Translations under genes and position numbers: made by a program | Notes under the pieces: model-generated | The model's input: only the letters and a program-made list of their open reading frames with translations | The model's database searches: none | What the model was told of the DNA's origin: nothing | Part shown: positions 32,543-36,597 of the stretch, piece after piece | Position numbering within the stretch: position 1 is the first letter of the stretch | Layout of the letters: the number at the start of each line of letters is the position of its first letter | DNA from: Nemertoderma westbladi | Lineage: Eukaryota; Animalia; Xenacoelomorpha | Length of the DNA stretch: 36,597 nt | NCBI GenBank assembly: GCA_032718475.1 | Contig: JAUCBJ010002145.1 | Coordinates: forward strand, 1 to 36,597 | Direction: 5' to 3'

Positions 32543-34188
32543 AGGCCTACCGGTAAAAGATGGACGACATACAGTATTTGTTTATTTCAGCAGTTCCCTT
32601 GGTTATGCAGTGAAACCCACTGTAGGCTATACAGTAGTGTATAATATCTGGACCTGCAATATGCAGTAGGCCTATTCAATACAGTTCGGCAATGGTAATT
32701 TCGATAACACCACGGATCTTTATAAACAGTTGTTTAGATAGAAGGCTGTAGTTAGTTTACCGACCGACTACAGTAGCCTGTGCTGTGAGGGGGAGCAATG
32801 TAGTGCTTAAGGAGGGGGGGGGGGGGGGGGGGGGGGTGTATTTTTCGATACTACATTTTTTGAAACCAGCATGTTCATTTTCATCATATTTTCGGCCACT
32901 TTTTGTGTTTTAATTTTTCTATTTCTGATATTTGGTAATTTTGTAAGAAAAAAAAATTAAAAATTAAAAAAAAATGAAAAAACCCATGTTTTTTTCTAAC
33001 TTTTCATTGGAAATAAATGGGGAAATATTACGTAATCAAGAAAATAAAACTGGCTGAAATTTATTTAAGCTTATGAAATTACCTTTCATATAAGTAAAAA
33101 ATTACAAAAAAGGCTAGTATTTTTCGCGTGAAAAAATGTCATTCAGAGATAATTGCTTTCAAAGTTCAAACCTTCCCGCCCAAAATTGCCTTGGGATCTG
33201 GTTGGTTTATAGTACTGCAAATTGGATAGTTGGAACTGTGGAAGGAGGCATACCCCGATCACCGAGCTAAAATTATATTTACTCAAGATAACTCAAGAAC
33301 TACTGTAAAAGGGGCCTCTCTAAGCGGTTTTCAGAACCAGTACTCCTGTATGTGAGCCCATGCTGGGCTCTAACTGCGGAAGACACTAAATATGGCACAT
33401 AGGTACACATACACATACAGGTAGAAGCTGACCATTGAAGCATATTGTACATTTACAACACTCTAACCAACCCCTCTCTTGGGTATTTTTTTAATCCGTA
33501 GAGTTAGAGAATTTATTATTTTTGAAAACCAGACGACAACTAATGCGGCTTATCTTAGAACAAACAAACATAAACAAAACCTGTAACAATGTGTTGGCAA
33601 GCTGTATTTTTCGAGGTGTTTGTTATTATACGAATGGTTCGAATCCGACACCACGCTGATGAGACCCAGACGCGTACGTGGTTTGGAGAGATATGACAAA
33701 TTAATTTCAAGACAAATTACGCGATTCTTAAATTTGTACACTACCCGGTTAAAAAGTACGCATGTGATGGGATTAGTCCTACTATTGCGCCAATAAAGAT
33801 AAGTTATCTTCGGTAAAATAAACTTATCATTCGAGGTTAAGACGCCTAGATCCCTTCCTATAACAAAACCTGTAACGCACATATTATAATGTATGTTTGG
33901 TATACAGGTATGGACAATAATGTGGGATCTTCGTGCATTAGGGGCCTACCAAGAAGGCTAAGCAAGCTTTGCATACGGGTGACGGGGGGGGGGGGGGGGG
34001 GGGGGGGTTGGTTGGACGCAAATACCATCTCGGCGAATTTATATCTTTAATGTTAAATCATCAATTAAGGGAAATTAGCACTGAGTAGGTTACAATGGCA
34101 CGTTATTCTAACCAAAACAATATTCATTTTTGTTTTTAATCACTTATTATTTATCTAGTTTCAGTTGAAACAGCGGTACCCGTATGCT

Positions 34189-34861
34189 ACAGTAAGCTCG
34201 CTTACTTCGTTGCTCACCCCACAGTAAGCTCGCTTACTTCGTGGCTCACCCCACAGTAAGCTCGCTTACTTCGTGGCTCACCCCACAGTAAGCTCGCTTA
34301 CTTCGTGGCTCACCCCACAGTAAGCTCGCTTACTTCGTGGCTCACCCCACAGTAAGCTCGCTTACTTCGTGGCTCACCCCACAGTAAGCTCGCTTACTTC
34401 GTGGCTCACCCCACAGTAAGCTCGCTTACTTCGTGGCTCACCCCACAGTAAGCTCGCTTACTTCGTGGCTCACCCCACAGTAAGCTCGCTTACTTCGTGA
34501 CTCACCCCACAGTAAGCTCGCTTACTTCGTGGCTCACCCCACAGTAAGCTCGCTTACTTCGTGGCTCACCCCACATTAAGCTCGCTTACTTCGTTGCTCA
34601 CCCCGCAGTAAGCACGCTTACTTCGTGGCTCACCCCGCAGTAAGCTCGCTTACTTCGTGGCTCACCCCACAGTAAGCTCGCTTACTTCGTGGCTCACCCC
34701 ACAGTAAGCTCGCTTACTTCGTTGCTCACCCCACAGTAAGATCGCTTACTTCGTTGCTCACCCCGCAGTAAGCTCGCTTACTTCGTTGCTCACCCCGCAG
34801 TAAGCTCGCTTACTTCGTGGCTCACCCCACAGTAAGCTCGCTTACTTCGTGGCTCACCCCA
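34189..34861. repeat. 32-bp minisatellite, about 21 copies, with an internal inverted repeat
   Basis: Unit acagtaagctcgcttacttcgtggctcacccc, containing AGTAAGC-tc-GCTTACT. There are no spacers between units. Confidence 0.97.
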
Positions 34862-35113
34862 TGTTTCTTTCACTCACTCACTACACATTAACAGTACTGT
34901 AGGTCTACATGGCTCGACCTGCTTTTGTTTCCTTCTTTACTCTCGTTTGTGTTTCTCATTAGCTTATATGAACTTATACTTTCATGCATGCTGGTAATAT
35001 TAATCAGCAGAACGAGACGGGTTGAATATAATGCTTCCTTTCTAATCGCTATTGACAGCCAGCAACTCTAAGACTACTTACTGTGGCCAACAGCGGGTGG
35101 AATAACTTGTACG

Positions 35114-36589
35114 ATGTCGACTTCAAAAACTAACCATCCGGGTAAACTAGCCGCTGCTCTTGGTATCCAGGGTGGGGATGGTATCGTTATCCCAAATGCA
35201 CCTCTTTTGCAAAAGTCAGAGTTATCGAAACAGACGTACACCTCAGAGTTTAGTGAAAAACTTAATGATAAAAATACAGTTAAGTTAATTCAGACTGGAA
35301 TTGTTACATGCAGTAAACTCCCTATTGTTGGTAATAAGGGAGGTGGTGATCAGTCTCAAAGTTTGTTGAGAACTGAGATTGTTGGTAATAAACAGGCTGT
35401 TGTTAAGAAAGGAACTGCTGAAATTTGTATCAAACGGCTTAGGAAGGGTATGGAACAAGATCAAATTAACAACAAACAACATCAGTTTAATTACAAAAAG
35501 GCAGAGATTGAAAACAATGAGTTTGGGAAGGTTATGAATCAAGTCCGGACTGACAACATACCTAAACACCACCCTAACAAGACAACCGGGTTCAATAAGA
35601 ATCAGGCTGAGATTGATTTCAAACAGAATGATATTAGGAACAAACAAACTGTTTATGTTACCAAACAGCTTGGTGAACAGGTTCAAATCAACCAGAAACA
35701 ACCCGAGTTTAACAAGAAAAAGGCCGAGATAGGTACCAAAAAGTTTAGTAAGGGCAAGGAAGAAGCTCAGATTAACAATAAACCTGAGATTAGTAAAAAA
35801 CGGGCCGGGATTGGTGATAATCAACACAAATTAGCATTGTCGTGTGGACGATCTGCTAGCGGTAACTTTAAAGCCAAAAATCCTCAAAATGTCGCTATCC
35901 AAGAAGCCAGTATTAAAGATAAATATACCATGAAAACTACTGTTTTAGGTGCTCAAAGTAGTGAAAATGTCATTAAGATACGATCTTACATTGATAATGA
36001 GGTAAAGGCAACATCTAACAGTAAGGAGGCCAGTGGCGAAGGGAATGAGACTCAAAGTAGAAAACTCCCAGATGGAATTGAGGAACTGGACCGTCGTGAG
36101 ATGACTGTTACGACAAACACTTCTCGTCGTAAATCTCAGGACACAGATACGAACTCGAAAAAAAATCGTTTAGACGAAAAGTCACGCACGGGTGTGAGTT
36201 CTAACAAGAAGGGCAGAGATGAAACAACTCTGCCACGTATTTCCCAGCCGAAAGAAGCGAAATTGAGAGCTAATTTATCTCTTTCTGGAACGTCGGAATT
36301 GAAGGAAATGGCCCGGGAAATTATTCAAGACATCAACGTGAAACGAGAAAGGGATAGCAGACGTTTATATGGCTATAAAACTCAAGCGGAAACTAAATGC
36401 AAAGTTATTACGGGCAATTTACAAAAAAGTATGGTGGATGTTTATACCGGCATGGGACCAAAAATAGAGGCGAAAATAAAAGCGATTTATAATTCTTTGG
36501 ATCGAATTGATGGTCTCCAGACAGAGTTGGACTCGTTCAAAGAAACTCTCAACATATTCTGTCGCGATATTGTTCGGGAGGAGATGTGA
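35114..36589 (+). CDS. SYCE2: Synaptonemal complex central element protein 2-like, with long K/N/Q-rich N-terminal extension; single coding exon
   Basis: The C-terminal ~95 aa ELKEMAREIIQDINVKRERDSRRLYGYK...VDVY...IEAKIKAIYNSLDRIDGLQTELDSFKETLNIFCRDI aligns without gaps to the recalled SYCE2 core LQKRAQELIENINKSRQKDHALMTNFR...YQIY...IQEKLQEFTQKMAKISHLETELKQVCHSVETVYKDL. The 491-aa ORF is uninterrupted. Confidence 0.75.
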   Translation: MSTSKTNHPGKLAAALGIQGGDGIVIPNAPLLQKSELSKQTYTSEFSEKLNDKNTVKLIQTGIVTCSKLPIVGNKGGGDQSQSLLRTEIVGNKQAVVKKGTAEICIKRLRKGMEQDQINNKQHQFNYKKAEIENNEFGKVMNQVRTDNIPKHHPNKTTGFNKNQAEIDFKQNDIRNKQTVYVTKQLGEQVQINQKQPEFNKKKAEIGTKKFSKGKEEAQINNKPEISKKRAGIGDNQHKLALSCGRSASGNFKAKNPQNVAIQEASIKDKYTMKTTVLGAQSSENVIKIRSYIDNEVKATSNSKEASGEGNETQSRKLPDGIEELDRREMTVTTNTSRRKSQDTDTNSKKNRLDEKSRTGVSSNKKGRDETTLPRISQPKEAKLRANLSLSGTSELKEMAREIIQDINVKRERDSRRLYGYKTQAETKCKVITGNLQKSMVDVYTGMGPKIEAKIKAIYNSLDRIDGLQTELDSFKETLNIFCRDIVREEM

Positions 36590-36597
36590 TAGGTTTA

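Noticed and set aside
33636-33700. tRNA B-box (GGTTCGAATCC) next to a CTGATGA hammerhead-like core
   Set aside because: No cloverleaf or A-box is present, and no GAAA follows a stem II. At most it is a decayed relic.
34189-34861. CRISPR-like array (32-bp palindromic repeat)
   Set aside because: Units are contiguous with no unique spacers, there are no cas genes, and the context is eukaryotic.

Overview
This is AT-rich, repeat-dense animal (invertebrate-like) genomic DNA, not prokaryotic. The main structure is missing from the ORF track. The last three coding exons of a Polybromo-1 (PBRM1/BAF180) gene lie on the + strand at 17655-17787, 18016-18152 and 28794-28894. Its final 10.6-kb intron holds two unusual items. 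One is a 58-bp satellite of about 42 copies built from the end of the preceding exon plus its AG|GTAAGT splice donor. The other is a complete, intronless, antisense IFT172 gene (1750 aa). Upstream, apparently within another large PBRM1 intron, is a head-to-tail array of non-autonomous Helitrons (TC...hairpin-CTAG). These carry 146-bp tandem repeats with a CTCF-like motif and are interrupted by a probable LTR retrotransposon whose 617+ codon Gag-like ORF runs off the left edge. The right end holds an intronless SYCE2-like gene with a long repetitive N-terminal extension, preceded by a 32-bp hairpin minisatellite. MITEs, minisatellites and poly-G tracts fill the rest. Protein identities come from recalled sequence similarity, not from a database search.
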